Assembly: GCA_002269645.1 (NCBI GenBank)
Contig: NIVC01000906.1
Location: 62,001-126,000, forward strand
Direction of reading: 5' to 3'
DNA: 64,000 bases
Source: Macrostomum lignano
Taxonomy: Eukaryota
Part shown: piece after piece, positions 1-12,339 of the stretch
Numbering within the stretch: position 1 is the first letter of the stretch
How the letters are laid out: every line of letters begins with the position of its first letter
The notes under the pieces: generated by a model
Database searches by the model: none
Seen by the model: the letters and a program-made list of their open reading frames with translations, nothing else
What the model was told of the DNA's origin: nothing
Made by a program: the position numbers and the translations under genes

Positions 1-2116
1 AGATATGAAGATATACATCACACCTAATAATACAAATTACTATAAATAGCAATAGAAAGAGTAAAATATATAAACCTAGGCTCATTATTAGGGTCTATCT
101 ATTTAGACATTTAGAGATATGGTCATTTTAGTTATACACCACTAAGGGAAAGGCTATAATAAAGGCTGCCCCCTATATTATAGCTTGTAATCTAAATTAT
201 TTGCACCTTTTAAATCTCCCTTGCTATTTATTAATGTAGGTAAGGCTTAAGCCTAATCAATTTAGGCCTAATATAGACTTAGATAAAGAACAATTAAATC
301 CAATAATAAAAAATGCAAAATTCTTATTTTCTTAGCTTGACAAATTAATTAAATGTGGCAATCATAGTCTATGGTTGGTAGTCTTTGACCTCATTTTATC
401 AAACTAGCTAATAATAATGGGCTAGGCCTAATCCTATTATGTTGTACATTGTATTATAGATACAATAGGTCAATAGCCTAAAAACTATTAGCTAAGGCCT
501 AGCCTAGATAGGCTTACCAAATTTATAAGTAGGCCTAGGCTTAAATTTCTAGACACATGACTAAGACTGCCACAGCTATTACTGGCTACTAGTTTAAGCA
601 AGGAGGAGCTACCAATCTTTTATCGTTGCTATTCCTCTTATTAGGCCTAGTCATAGGTTCTTCTCTTTCAGGCTTGTTTTGCTAGCTCTCCCTATCCACT
701 CATTTTCTCTTTAGCACTATTAAATAACATATTGAGCCAAATTCCTCTCCTAGCTCCTACGTGTGGCAGTCTTGGTGTGTGGCAGTCTTGGTCATATACC
801 ATAAAATTTCTACTATATAGCTAAAAGCTAGGCTTAAACTATTTAATATAGACCTAAACTATAATTAAACTATATCATAGTATAGGGCCTACCCCTACTT
901 AATTGATAGGCTACGCCTAGACCCCTGCCCTAGGTGCTAGGTCCAAGTCATAAAAAATTAGGCCTAAGTAGGCTTAGGCCCTAGTGTAGAAACTAGGCTT
1001 TAATCTAGAAGTCTAATGAGGGGGCCTAAGAAAGAAGAATACAATACAAAAAATTCTTACTTGTTTCAGTATAGGCCTAGGCTCAATACCAACCAAACAG
1101 AAGGCCTAGGCCACATAAAATCAAAAAGAACAGAGGAGAGTCATAGAGAGGAGTTGAGAACAAATGGGGCCTTGTAAGTGAATCAAAATCAAAATCAAAA
1201 TGTATAAAAAGTATTGCCTTGTTAGGCTTTTGAGAAAATGCACAAAAATATTCATGCATGTTCTTTACTACCAATTAGGCTTCCTTTGTGCATGCACCAA
1301 TTGGCCTTAAGAAGGTTTCTCTATCAACATAGGTGAACAGGACTGCAATGGAGTGCAACGAGACCACAATGGAGTCATGGACAAAATCCTAAGTGATAAT
1401 AGATTGGATATTAAGGTTTGACTCAATTTAAACATTTTTTGCTAAATCCTATGATATAGCGCTACTGCACAAATGCAATTTATAAAATGTTTCTATTTTT
1501 TTCTATCAATTGCAAAAACATGTAGTCGCACTTTCATAAGAATTAAATTAATGTATTGATACACTTAATAAATGCACTGTTACTTAAGCTAGAAATTCTT
1601 ATTGGTAGACCTAATAAATCTTGGTCTTTAAAGAACTTTCGATTTGTTTAAACTAAGGTTGATAGTTTAAATTTTTCAGTCTTATTTTTACACCAAAACT
1701 ACTTTAGAGTTGGAAGCTTTGAGCCTCTTCACAGAAATCGATTCCAGAACCAGAATTGAGGATAATAAAATGGCACTTAAAATCATTTCAGAGTAAATGA
1801 TGTAAATGAGTAAATAAATAGGCCATTAGCTAAAGTGGTATATTACAAAAAATATAACATTCTTACAAGTTTGTTTGCAGCTAAATAATAGCTTTAAAAT
1901 TTTGGCATTCTTTCATTTTACAATCACATAGCACTGTCCTTATGGGAGTCAGGAATTTCATTATATGATCTTCCATAGAAGATAAAAAAGTTAAGTTCAA
2001 ATTGCTCCTAAAGTCAAACTTCAAAATAAGACCACCTCTAAGTATATTTTTATTGTAGTATTAAATCTTGTATCTTGTAGAAACACATAGCTTATAATCA
2101 CTTTTGTCATAGAATT

Positions 2117-2537
2117 CTGGTTGTTTCGCCCATGTACATTTTGCCCCTAGACCATTTTGCCCATAAACTAGTTTGGCAACAGGCATTTTGGCCAAAAATG
2201 TACATGTATTAGTGTTATTTCTCAGTCAGCCAGTAATGCAATACATGTGCTAATGGTCCACGGCTCACGCTCAATTTGCAATTGTAATTTTATTTAGTAT
2301 ATATTAGTATATAGATTGTTGGTATTTTAGCCCTGGAGTGGGGTGGCTACTACTATTGAACCTCGCTTATAATAAATCATATTGATGCGCACATGTTCAT
2401 TTCAACCCTGGTCCAAATTGGAGGCGAAACGGTCCATGGCCAAAATGGTCTGTGGGCGAAACAGTCTATGGGCAAAATTGTCTGGGGGCAAAATGTCCAT
2501 GGCCAAAATGGTTTATAGGCAAAATGACTGGTTACCT
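2117..2537. mobile_element. Foldback-like non-autonomous element with inverted subterminal ~17-bp repeat arrays
   Basis: Left CATTTTGCCC/GTTTCGCCC units (2120-2200) are reverse complements of right GGCAAAAT/GGCGAAAC units (2425-2530). Confidence 0.55.
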
Positions 2538-2879
2538 TATCATATTATCATTTAAATAGTAAAATTATATATAGGCCTAGGTGATTGCAAGACAAAACTG
2601 AACTCACTTTTGTCTTATGATCAATGTCTGGCGATCCTGAAGATTCCCGCGTTTAATTATTTTATGGAATTATTTTGCCCTCTATTCAAGGGTGGTGGGA
2701 GGGGGGTGGGGGTTATAATTAAACGCCGGAAACTAAGAAATCGCCCAATGTCTTTGTCTTTTAATGTGCCAAAAACAAAGATTGAAACTAAAGGTGATTA
2801 TAGTAAATGTAGTTATATTGCATGTTTAAAGTCCTATTCACAAATTTGAACTTAGTCAAGAATAAGACTTAAAACCTTT

Positions 2880-4720
2880 TTTGTGCAATGCCAATGCTTG
2901 TAGGCAGACTGTTAGGCCCTAATAATAGATAGTTCAGTCTAATGGCCTTTTGCTTTAAGGTAGCTTTTGCTATCTTCTTTAATTCTTTCTGCTTCTTCTG
3001 CATCTATTTTCTTCAATTCTTTCTGCTTCTTCTGCATCTTCTGTCACTAGCATAGCTCTTCTAGCTAGGCCTAGTCATCCTTGCCTTTCGCTGCCTTTGT
3101 CAGTTCCTTGAGTAGGGTTACATCGAATTTGTCAACATCTAATTCGTCAATAGACCTAAAATGTGAGAAATTGAGAAATTGGGGTCTCCCTAAAACACGC
3201 CCCGCACCGCCCTGCAGCGCTACACATTAAAACAAATTGGACTATAACTGAAGACACTTCAAAATGCGTTTTCTGTTAAGCTTCAAAGTTTTTATTAAAT
3301 TAAGTTTTTTTACTATGAAATATAAAATTCGGTGAATAATAAGTGATATTATTAATAATTAATAAAAAATGAAAACAAGAATATAAAAAATAGTAACAAT
3401 ATTTATAATAATAATTAAAGATATTTATTCCATTACTCGTACAACAAATAGTTTTCTTTACAATTAAATACTGCATTGACAAAAAATGTTATAATGTGTA
3501 GCGGTTCGGGGCGGTGCGGTGCGTGTTTTTTATTACTAAGTAATACTTAAATAAATAAATAAAAATTACCTGAACTATAATTTTTGCAGTTTTATTTTTA
3601 CAGCTATACATAGCTGTTGATTTTCAAAATGTTATTTTCAAAGAAAGGTTGTGTTTCACTGGCGCTAATTTTTCTTTGAGAGCAACTCATAGATTTCTTA
3701 TTGCTTAGCTTCAATGTCATCTAATTGCTAGAAAAATATATTGAAGTATCCTGCAATGTCATGGAGGCATTATGCAATGGTGACCCTGATTAGGCAGATG
3801 CTCAAAGTGGTAGTGCATTATGTAGCCTTTTTTCATAATGCAGTAATTCCCTCTCCTAACATCTTGCATTGCTTGTGCTCATGCTATAGCTATTATCATG
3901 TATTGGGTTCTGGCAAAAGATCTTACTACCATTAATCAGGCTATTGCTATCACTGCTTTGTGTACTTATCTCCTTACACTTCTTCTCTATCTCCTTAGGC
4001 CTACACTTCTCTATCTATATGTGCTTCCTCTTCTATCTCTAAATGCTTCTTCTCCTCTATCTCCACCTCCATGCCCTTTTCCTCTATCTTTTTATGATTC
4101 TTCTTTAACCCTTGTGCTTCTTTACTCTTCTATCTCCTTGTGCTTCTTCTCTTTTATCTCCTTATGCTTCTTCTCTACCATCTCTTTATGTCTCCTATCT
4201 TCTATCTCTATGTGTTTCCTCCTGTCATCACTTGCTTCTTCCTCATTCCTTCTGGCAGTAGCAATGCTGTTATTTTCTAGTTTTTTATTTTTCAATTTTC
4301 AAGTGTTTGTCTCATCATATAAAAAATTAGACAAATTGAAATCTTTATCCTCCATATGCTCTATTGCTTCATCATCCTGGCACTTCCTATCCTCTATCTC
4401 CTTGCACTTCTTCTCCTCCATCTCTTTGTCCTTATGCCTCTTCCATCTCTATGGCTATGCTTCCTATTTTCTATCTCTATATATTTCCTTGTGTCATTAT
4501 CCTTTGTTTCTTCTTTATCACTTTTGCTAATAACAACATTCTCACTCCTGCTACTGCTTGTCTCATTACCATCTGACATATTTGTTAAGTCACATCTTGA
4601 AACCTCACAGGGCTCTTTTCTTGAAATAGCAGCTTCTTGTCTTTGATATTGGGCTAGACATGCATTGTATGAATGACTTCTAGAGTATTGCCAAGAGCAA
4701 ATGGCTTTCCATTTTTGGTG
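2880..4720 (-). pseudogene. Heavily mutated coiled-coil (E/K/R-rich) coding relic, interrupted by the MITE
   Basis: Minus-strand frames read KHIEIEDRRHKEMVEKKHKEIKEKKHKEIEE, LDDIEAKQ*EIYELLSKKN and IDELDVDKFDVTLLKELTKAAK, with many stops. Confidence 0.4.
3192..3528. mobile_element. MITE-like element with about 40-bp terminal inverted repeats
   Basis: AAACACGCCCCGCACCGCCCTGCAGCGCTACACATT at about 3192-3228 is near-complementary to AATGTGTAGCGGTTCGGGGCGGTGCGGTGCGTGTTT at about 3493-3528; AT-rich noncoding interior; CpGs retained. Confidence 0.7.
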
Positions 4721-4749
4721 CACTTGGGCTCAGACTTAAAGAGCTTGAG

Positions 4750-7700
4750 AAACCTTTTAGGCACTTGTCTTTTGCAAGGTTAAATAACTTAAGTGTCACC
4801 TTTAGTTGAGCACACTTATCTTAAATTTAAACCAACTAGGATCATGCTCACCCTGCTGTAAGCACAGAATGCATACCTGATCATATAGAGATAATGGAAG
4901 GATTATTATCAAAATTGTTAATTAATATTTTAATATTATTAAGATTTTTTAAATTGCAATTTTTATTTTACTTTTAAAACAATTTAATTTGCATTTCAAT
5001 TTTTTTAACTAAGCTTTTTTCAAAATAAATTACTTTTTTAAACCTTTGAGATTAAAAAAATACTAAGAAAAACAAATTTAAAATATGAAATGTAAAAATA
5101 TTACAAATAATTTTTATTTAGATTTCTAAATTTCTAAGTTCCTTGATGTTCTTACTTGGCCTCAGAGCAAGGTACACAGAAGTTTCAATACATACTAGGC
5201 CTTTTTCCTACATTGTTCAGATTTGAGTTCAACAACCATTAGCTTTGCATACATATCTGCTAGTGATCATGTTTTCAAAAAGTCTTCTAAATGCCTAAGG
5301 CAAAAATTCCTATTCTTGAAAAGTTCAAAGGCTTGCTATAAAATGGTTCCTTTTGTAAAAATCATTAGAACACAAGTATAACTTTATAGTCTTGAGACCT
5401 TTGAAGAATTGCTACTAGCTTGCAAGCAACTACACTTGTGTTTTTGCATAACAAAATAAGCATCCTGTCAATGCAAACTTAGCATAATGTTAGCCTTGAC
5501 TTGAACTCGCCTAAACTGAAAATAACCATCAAAGCCAGGTGGTTTAGGGTAGATGTTCTATATTGGCTATATACCTTGGTGCCAACATTGCAACTCAACC
5601 TAAAAAGAGTGGTCAGTTCTACAAGGAGCATCTGTTTCTAGAAAAACTACTGTTCTAGCTTCCCTGCAGTATGTACTTTTTGTTGTGCAGTAGTCCCACA
5701 AAAAGTAACCTGTGTGGTCAATAGCATTATTCACAAATTTCTTGTAGGAAGATTCTATACAATTTACTTTAGCTCCACTAGCACCATTTTTCCTTGTAGG
5801 GAATGCTAGATAACTCAGTTAACATTTAAAACTTGCTTACAAAGTCCTGCAAAAATTCTATTGAAGCTGTTGGCTAGTTTTTTTCCAAAGTATATACCAA
5901 TGACAAAGATACAGTTTTTAATGTTCTTAATAGCACCTAGAGTGACCCAATAAGTTTTTTCTGAACTTTTGAAAAGTCATGCCATCAACATTTATAATCA
6001 AAGAAATTGTATCAGTAGGGTAAATCAGTTCACACTTAATCAGAAATTTCAATTCCAATAGCAATGCCAAAGTGATAATAATGGCCAGGGTCTCACTTCT
6101 TTTAGAGATACTGGTTGAATTGCAGGTTTAAGTAATGTCCAGTAATCCTTTGGAAGTTCTGGAATTACTTTGCAAAAAATCCTAAGCAGTTTCTTACTAG
6201 AAATGCAGGAAGGTTAATCTTGATAAAGTATTCTTTCAACAATGGCTTTATCACATCATAGGCATTATCAGTATTATCTGATTCATCTAATTCAATTGTA
6301 GTTATATCAAACTTGGATAAGCTTTTTTTAAAAAGGCTTGACAGCTTGCAATGGTGCATACCTCATCAATAGTTCCTGCCAGGCTTGGTGCAATGTAGAT
6401 TGGATATTGCTAATTTCTTATTAGCTTGGCACAGGCTATCAATGACAAGTAGACAATAGAATTGAAAAGGTAAATGTCTAATGACAAAGTAATAAAGACA
6501 ACTTAAAATTGAGATGATATACTGCAAAACTTCTTGACTGAACTAAGGCAAGAGGGAGGTTCTCACTTATAGGATGGCTGAAACAAATTGCACCTTAACA
6601 CAACATAATAGAATTGCACCAGTGCTTACAATATGGCATGACTAAAGTTCTCTAAGTTAGAACTAAAAAGGGGAGGTCATGCCTACAAGAGGCAAGGCTG
6701 CAGTTCTATTTTTAGAAACTGAATCCAAGATTTCCTCAAATGGCACAAGGGTCTACATGCAAACAAATTTGCTACTGTACAAGCAGACCAAAAGTACAGG
6801 CTAGATGCGCTGTACTTTTCACAAAATAATGCTAGGCTGACCTTGTCACTGGCTCATAAGGCTGGAAAAAGAGGACAGACAGACAATAAACAAACCAAGA
6901 GTAGCCCAAGCTAATAGGCTCAGAGGCTGCCAACAAGAATACAAAGGAGGAAAGGGATAAGGCATAGATGGCAATCTTGCTAAGGATGACTGGGGTGCAT
7001 CTAGCCATATGCCTGGTTACGCAGTGGGCAACACTCTGCAGCACTACCAGATAAGCCAGGCTTTGAAGGGCTGCATTGGCAAGGTCAATCAATTGCACAA
7101 TCAAAGGCATCTTGTTGGCTTTGATCTAGGAGCATACACATCTGAGTCTAGTTAGGTTATTGTAAGATTGGCTGGGCTCCGTTGTTGGCAACAATGGCAA
7201 AACAAGCAGCCAGGTAGATGGCAGCTGCCTCCACTTTGGTTGCCAGATCCAGTTCAAGAGCAGCCAGCAGGGTTATAGTTTCTAAAAGGTCAGCCTAGGC
7301 AATGGCATCGACCTAGCCTATAGTCTCCAATGTGTTGGGTGGCGCCATTGGGAAAGCCTGCTAAAGTTTATTTTGACTGTATATTAATGGCTTGTCTATC
7401 TGAGGTCTAGATGGCAACTTCTCGGAGGGGGACTGCTAGGTCAGATGATTATTAGCAGTTGTGTAGAGCTAGGCCTATCCCAGCCTGGGGAGGCTAAGAT
7501 AAGGCCAAAGTCTGGCCCACCATTACAAGCTGTTGTAGCCTTAGTTGCAGCCACCAGGGTGGGTATAGACACTATCGCCGCAGCCATAGGGGCCCAATCG
7601 TTGACTAAGCTTGGCCCAGGGCATGGCACTGAACAGTAGTTGTTGGCAGTTGCCCTAGCATTTTCTGGGCATGTGGTAAAGTGGCAAGCTAAGAACTATT

Positions 7701-7900
7701 GGAGGTTGAAAAAAGTGCCAAGCTTGGCAATCTCTATATGCCAAGCTATATACCATGAAGGCATTCCAAGCCCCTCTGTATGCCAAGTTGTATGCCAATA
7801 ATATACTTTGATCCTTCTATACACTAGAATTTACCATTGGTATAGCTTTGCCTTTAGTGCCTAAATGGCATTATGAATGAATGATCAAAATGTTCCTGGC
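4750..7900. mobile_element. Decayed, CpG-depleted TE-like sequence; possible non-LTR reverse transcriptase relic
   Basis: Plus-strand fragments SLDLNSPKLKI, IYLGANI and LASLQYVLFVV (about 5490-5700) loosely resemble late RT motifs but need frameshifts; no intact YADD seen. Confidence 0.25.
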
Positions 7901-9022
7901 TTCTTTCACGGAGTTACAGTCTAGGAGTCTGTCATAAATTATGTGTCTCTGCAGCATGAATTTATTTTTTAGAGGATTCTCCTTTTTTATTTGGCATTAT
8001 AATTTTCAATTTTCCCTCACTTTACAATCTGCAATGCACTCCATATTGTGGATCATATTGGATGCATTCTGGAATGTATACCAGGGAGTTTTTTGTTTGC
8101 ACACTTACTATATGCTATGCTCACTGACTACACACCATGCAGATTGCAGACCATTGACAATAATTAAAAATAAACCATAGGCATAAGCATTATATTACAA
8201 ATATGTTTTGTTGCAAAAATGTATTTTTATTTATTAGTAAAAGCAAACAAGATAAAGTAGATTTATGGGTATTTTTAAAACTCAAGAAGACTGCCTCTCT
8301 GACAATCATACTATACCACACATTATATCCTATCAAGCTAGCTCATGCTATTCCATGGCATAGCATGCCACTATGCCACATACCCAATGCATGCCAATAC
8401 ACTTCATTCAATTAGCCTTAAGCAGTTGTTTCATAGACAATAAAATTTTTCTATACCTAAAAATTTGCTTTGCTACCTCGCAACCTCAAGGTTTTGCTTT
8501 GGAGTTATTGCCTTATTAGCAAACATTGTTTTAAAATTCCTCAATTTACAAAAATTGCTTTTAGACAAATAAACAAGGACTAGAGATTGTGAATGATTTT
8601 ATTTGTTTTACTAGGAGGTTTTTTGGGTCCTTATGCTTGCCACTATTTTCCATGCTAAAGGCCATCTTTCTGACTATGCTCATAAGAATTTTTGTCTTGC
8701 ATACTCTGTATAGGAACATAGGATGTTAAATTAAATTTATTGTATATAAACTTGTATAGGCAATAGTTAAGAAAGTATAATTTGTCATAGAAGACAACCA
8801 ACTTTTGTTTGAATAATGGAAGACTTAAAAAATATTTTAAAGAAATTAATGATTGATGAAAATGATTTTTTAATAAGTTTACATTTATGCAAGTATTATA
8901 ATGAATGCAAATGCAATACCTAGTCATTTTTTGTATGAAACATAATTACCTTGACTTTTTCTTTCCTTAGATAGCAATAGTAAGTCTATATATGTATCAT
9001 TGTCATGCATGATTATTGAATA

Positions 9023-9314
9023 ATGGATAAAATGTTTATATTGCTGATTATCTGCATTCAATTGATTTCTGTTGGTTATTTGCAAGCTGCAACAGCAGGT
9101 GCCAATAACAATGATGAGGCATTGAAAGATATATTTAAGTCTTTACTGCCAAAAGATTTCCTAGAAAAGCAATTTGCCAAAGATGCCAAAAAGAATAGTA
9201 AATCTACAAAGACTTCTGGCAAAGCAATGCAAAATCTGATTCATGGTTTTGAAAATGTACTTGAAAGTCTTGCTGCACCTGACAATGGCAATTGCGTATA
9301 TAAGTGCCCTAATG
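9023..9314 (+). CDS. PLA2G12: Group XII secreted phospholipase A2, exon 1 (signal peptide ... CVYKCPNG)
   Basis: ATG at 9023; hydrophobic N-terminus MFILLIICIQLISVGYLQA; CxYKC motif typical of group XII sPLA2; donor G|GTGAGT at 9315 (phase 1). Confidence 0.85.
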
Positions 9315-9364
9315 GTGAGTGCTGTATGCTAAAGTAATATAGTAATTAATTCTGACTCCTGACT

Positions 9365-10095
9365 ATCCTTAGGCCTATCCCAAACTGACTCTCACTGCCC
9401 CCACTGACTCTCACCCCCCCTCACTGACTCTCACTCCCCCCTCACTGACTCTCACTGCCCCCCACTGACTCGCATTGCCTTCCACTGACTCTCACTGCCC
9501 CCCCACTGACTCTCACTGCCTCCCACTGACTCTCACTGCCCCCCCCACTGACTCTCACTGCCCCCCACTGACTCTTACTGCCCCCCCACTGACTCTCATT
9601 GCCCCCCACTGACTCTCACTGCCCCCACTGACTCTCACTGCCCCCACTGACTCTCACTGCCCCCCACTGACTCTTACTGCCCCCCCCACTGACTCTCATT
9701 GCCTTCCACTGACTCTCACTGCCCCACTGACTCTCATTGCCCCCCACTGACTCTCATTGCCCCCCCCCACTGACTCACTGCCCCCCACTGACTCTCACTG
9801 CCCCCCCCACTGACTCTCATTGCCCCCCCACTGACTCTCATTGCCCCCCCCACTGACTCACTGCCCCCCACTGACTCTCACTGCCCCCCCCACTGACTCT
9901 CATTGCCTCCCCACTGACTCTCACTGCCCCCCACTGACTCTCACTGCCCCCCACTGACTCTCATTGCCCCCCCACTGACTCTCATTGCCCCCCCACTGAC
10001 TCTCACTGCCCCCCACTGACTCTCACTGCCCCCCCACTGACTCTCATTGCCTCCCCACTGACTCTCACTGCCCCCCTCACTGACTCTCCCCCCAC
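9365..10095. repeat. Minisatellite, ~18-20 bp CCCCACTGACTCTCA(C/T)TG, PLA2G12 intron 1
   Basis: Direct tandem periodicity; ends about 15 nt before the acceptor. Confidence 0.95.
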
Positions 10096-10112
10096 TCTCC
10101 TTTTCCCCGCAG

Positions 10113-10180
10113 GGGCAACTCCCAAGGCCAAGCCTAATCACAAAGTAGTGCCAAACGGGTGCGGCTCTCACGGCTTTAAG
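10113..10180 (+). CDS. PLA2G12: PLA2G12 exon 2 (ATPKAKPNHKVVPNGCGSHGFK)
   Basis: Acceptor CCCCGCAG| (phase 1), donor AAG|GTAAAT (phase 0); NGCGS calcium-loop motif of group XII sPLA2. Confidence 0.9.
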
Positions 10181-10266
10181 GTAAATCAAAAATCACTAAT
10201 TTACGTTGGTCTACAGTATTATAAAGGAATTCTATATTCTCATAATCCCTGGTATGGCACCCGCAG

Positions 10267-10441
10267 CCCGATGTGTCAGCTTTCCCTGGCCTGACAGATT
10301 GCTGTAATAAGCACGACATCTGCTATGGCACCTGCGGTAGGGGTCAGGCCGTGTGCGACCGCAGCTTCAATGCCTGCATGGCCGACTCGTGTGAGCAGAT
10401 GCGCAAATCTGGAGCCATCAAATCTGATGAGGCTCTGACAG
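10267..10441 (+). CDS. PLA2G12: PLA2G12 exon 3 (catalytic CCNKHDICYGTC)
   Basis: Acceptor CCGCAG| phase 0; His-Asp dyad retained; CDxxFxxCM motif; donor G|GTGGGA phase 1. Confidence 0.92.
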
Positions 10442-10469
10442 GTGGGACACTCAATGCGTGTTGCTGAGC

Positions 10470-11325
10470 TAACTGGGTGTCAGCTGGGTTAAATCGTTTG
10501 TCAGATGGGTTAAATTGGGTGTCAGCTGGGTTAAATTGGGTGTCAGCTGGGTTAAATTAGGTGTCAGGTTGATTAAATTTGGTGTCAGCTGCGTTAAATT
10601 GGGTGTCAGCTGGGTTAAATTGGGTGTCAGGTTTGTTAAATTGGGTGTCAGGTTGGTTAAATTGGGTGTCAGGTTTGTTAAATTGGGTGTCAGGTTGGTT
10701 AAATTGGGTGTCAGGTTTGTTAAATTGGGTGTCAGGTTGGTTAAATTGGGTGTCAGGTTTGTTAAATTGGGTGTCAGCTGGGTTAAATTGGGTGTCAGGT
10801 TGGTTAAATTGGGTGTCAGGTTGGTTAAATTGGGTGTCAGGTTGGTTAAATTGGGTGTCAGGTTGGTTAAATTGGGTGTCAGGTTTGTTAAATTGAGTGT
10901 CAGGTTGGTTAAATTGGGTGTCAGGTTGGTTAAATTGGGTGTCAGGTTGGTTAAATTGGGTGTCAGGTTGGTTAAATTGGGTGTCAGGTTTGTTAAATTG
11001 AGTGTCAGGTTGGTTAAATTGGGTGTCAGGTTGATTAAATTGGGTGTCAGGTTGGTTAAATTGGGTGTCAGGTTGGTTAAATTGGGTGTCAGGTTGATTA
11101 AATTGGGTGTCAGGTTGATTAAATTGGGTGTCAGGTTGGTTAAATTGGGTGTCAGGTTGATTGAATTGGGTGTCAGGTTGATTAGATTGGGTGTCAGGTT
11201 GATTGAATTGGGTGTCAGGTTGATTAGATTGGGTGTCAGGTTGATTGAATTGGGTGTCAGGTTGATTAAATTGGGTGTCAGGTTGATTAAATTGGGTGTC
11301 AGGTTGGTTAAATTGGGTGTCAGAG
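10470..11325. repeat. Minisatellite, 21 bp TTAAATTGGGTGTCAGGTTGG, PLA2G12 intron 3
   Basis: Tandem periodicity. Confidence 0.95.
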
Positions 11326-11438
11326 TGGTTTTAAGGCTATCTCCTGCTAGGCTTCACAAGTGTCAGATTGGCTAAATCACATCCACGTGTCAGACTGTCA
11401 GGTGTGCCAAATTGTGTCAAACTGTTGCATCATTCCAG

Positions 11439-11576
11439 AATGCCGGGCCACCGCTGCCGCCTTCCACCTGACTGTGGTGTCGGTGGGCTGCCAGTTCTAC
11501 CGCGAGGCCCAGGCCAGCGCTTGCGTGTGCGGCGGCGCCGGAGAGAAGCCTACAGGTTCAACTGCTCAGGACAAAA
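11439..11576 (+). CDS. PLA2G12: PLA2G12 exon 4 (ECRATAAAFHLTVVSVGCQFYREAQASACVC...)
   Basis: Acceptor CATTCCAG| phase 1; matches group XII C-terminal GCxxYxxxQxxACxC; donor A|GTGAGC at 11577. If unspliced, the frame stops at 11590. Confidence 0.88.
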
Positions 11577-11619
11577 GTGAGCGGCATTGAGCTGGCTTTT
11601 CAGTGATTAGCGTTTGACC

Positions 11620-11955
11620 CGGGTGGCTCTGGGTCTGGGGATCTGGGAGGGAGGTCTGGGGATCTGGGAGGGAGGTCTGGGGATCTGGGAGGGAGGTGTG
11701 GGGATCTTGGAGGGAAGTATGGGGATCTGGGAGGGAGGTATGGGGATCTGGGAGGGAGGTGTGGGGATCTTGGAGGGAGGTATGGGGATCTTGGAGGGAG
11801 GTATGGGGATCTGGGAGGGAGGTATGGGGATCTGGGAGGGAGGTATGGGGATCTGGGAGGGAGGTATGGGGATCTGGGAGGGAGGTATGGGGATCTGGGA
11901 GGGAGGTATGGGGATCTGGGAGGGAGGTATGGGGATCTGGGAGGCTGGCCCAGCA
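11620..11955. repeat. Minisatellite, 21 bp GGGATCTGGGAGGGAGGTATG
   Basis: Tandem periodicity; starts about 45 nt after the 11577 donor. Confidence 0.95.
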
Positions 11956-12339
11956 GAGGGAATCTGGGAGCTTAATTGCACTGATGAATTGCTATTTTGC
12001 ATGCTCTACAGAATTTGCCTGGCTGTCTTGTTCGCATGAAGCAGAGACTGTAAATTACTGTTATTATTGTAATTTTTTTAAGTACAGAATTTACTTTTAA
12101 CAACCACGAAAATGATTTACTGATTTACAGAAAACAAAACAGGTCATTGAGTGAGTTGCGCCCCTTGAATATTTGTTTGTTACTCTTGCTTTAATGGCTT
12201 AGATTATTTAATGTCAGGTTTCGGTTTATTTGTTTCCATTCTTCAGGTGGTTAAGTAACGATATTAGGTGTTCTGACAACCTGCTAAGGTTTTTATGCTA
12301 TTCTTTCAGAAATTTTACACATCTCTTTAGTCACAGATT

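Noticed and set aside
6800-7700. Possible gag zinc knuckle (HCVTRHMARC) on the minus strand
   Set aside because: Spacing does not fit CX2CX4HX4C; too decayed to call.
10515-11375. Long ORFs over tandem arrays (this one and 12393-13025, 15803-17872, 22783-23646, 24243-26341, 31936-34347, 36526-37390, 38795-41203, 53949-55295, 55748-56997, 60383-61771)
   Set aside because: Translations are pure periodic repeats, open in several frames or strands, and mostly lie inside introns defined by flanking conserved exons.
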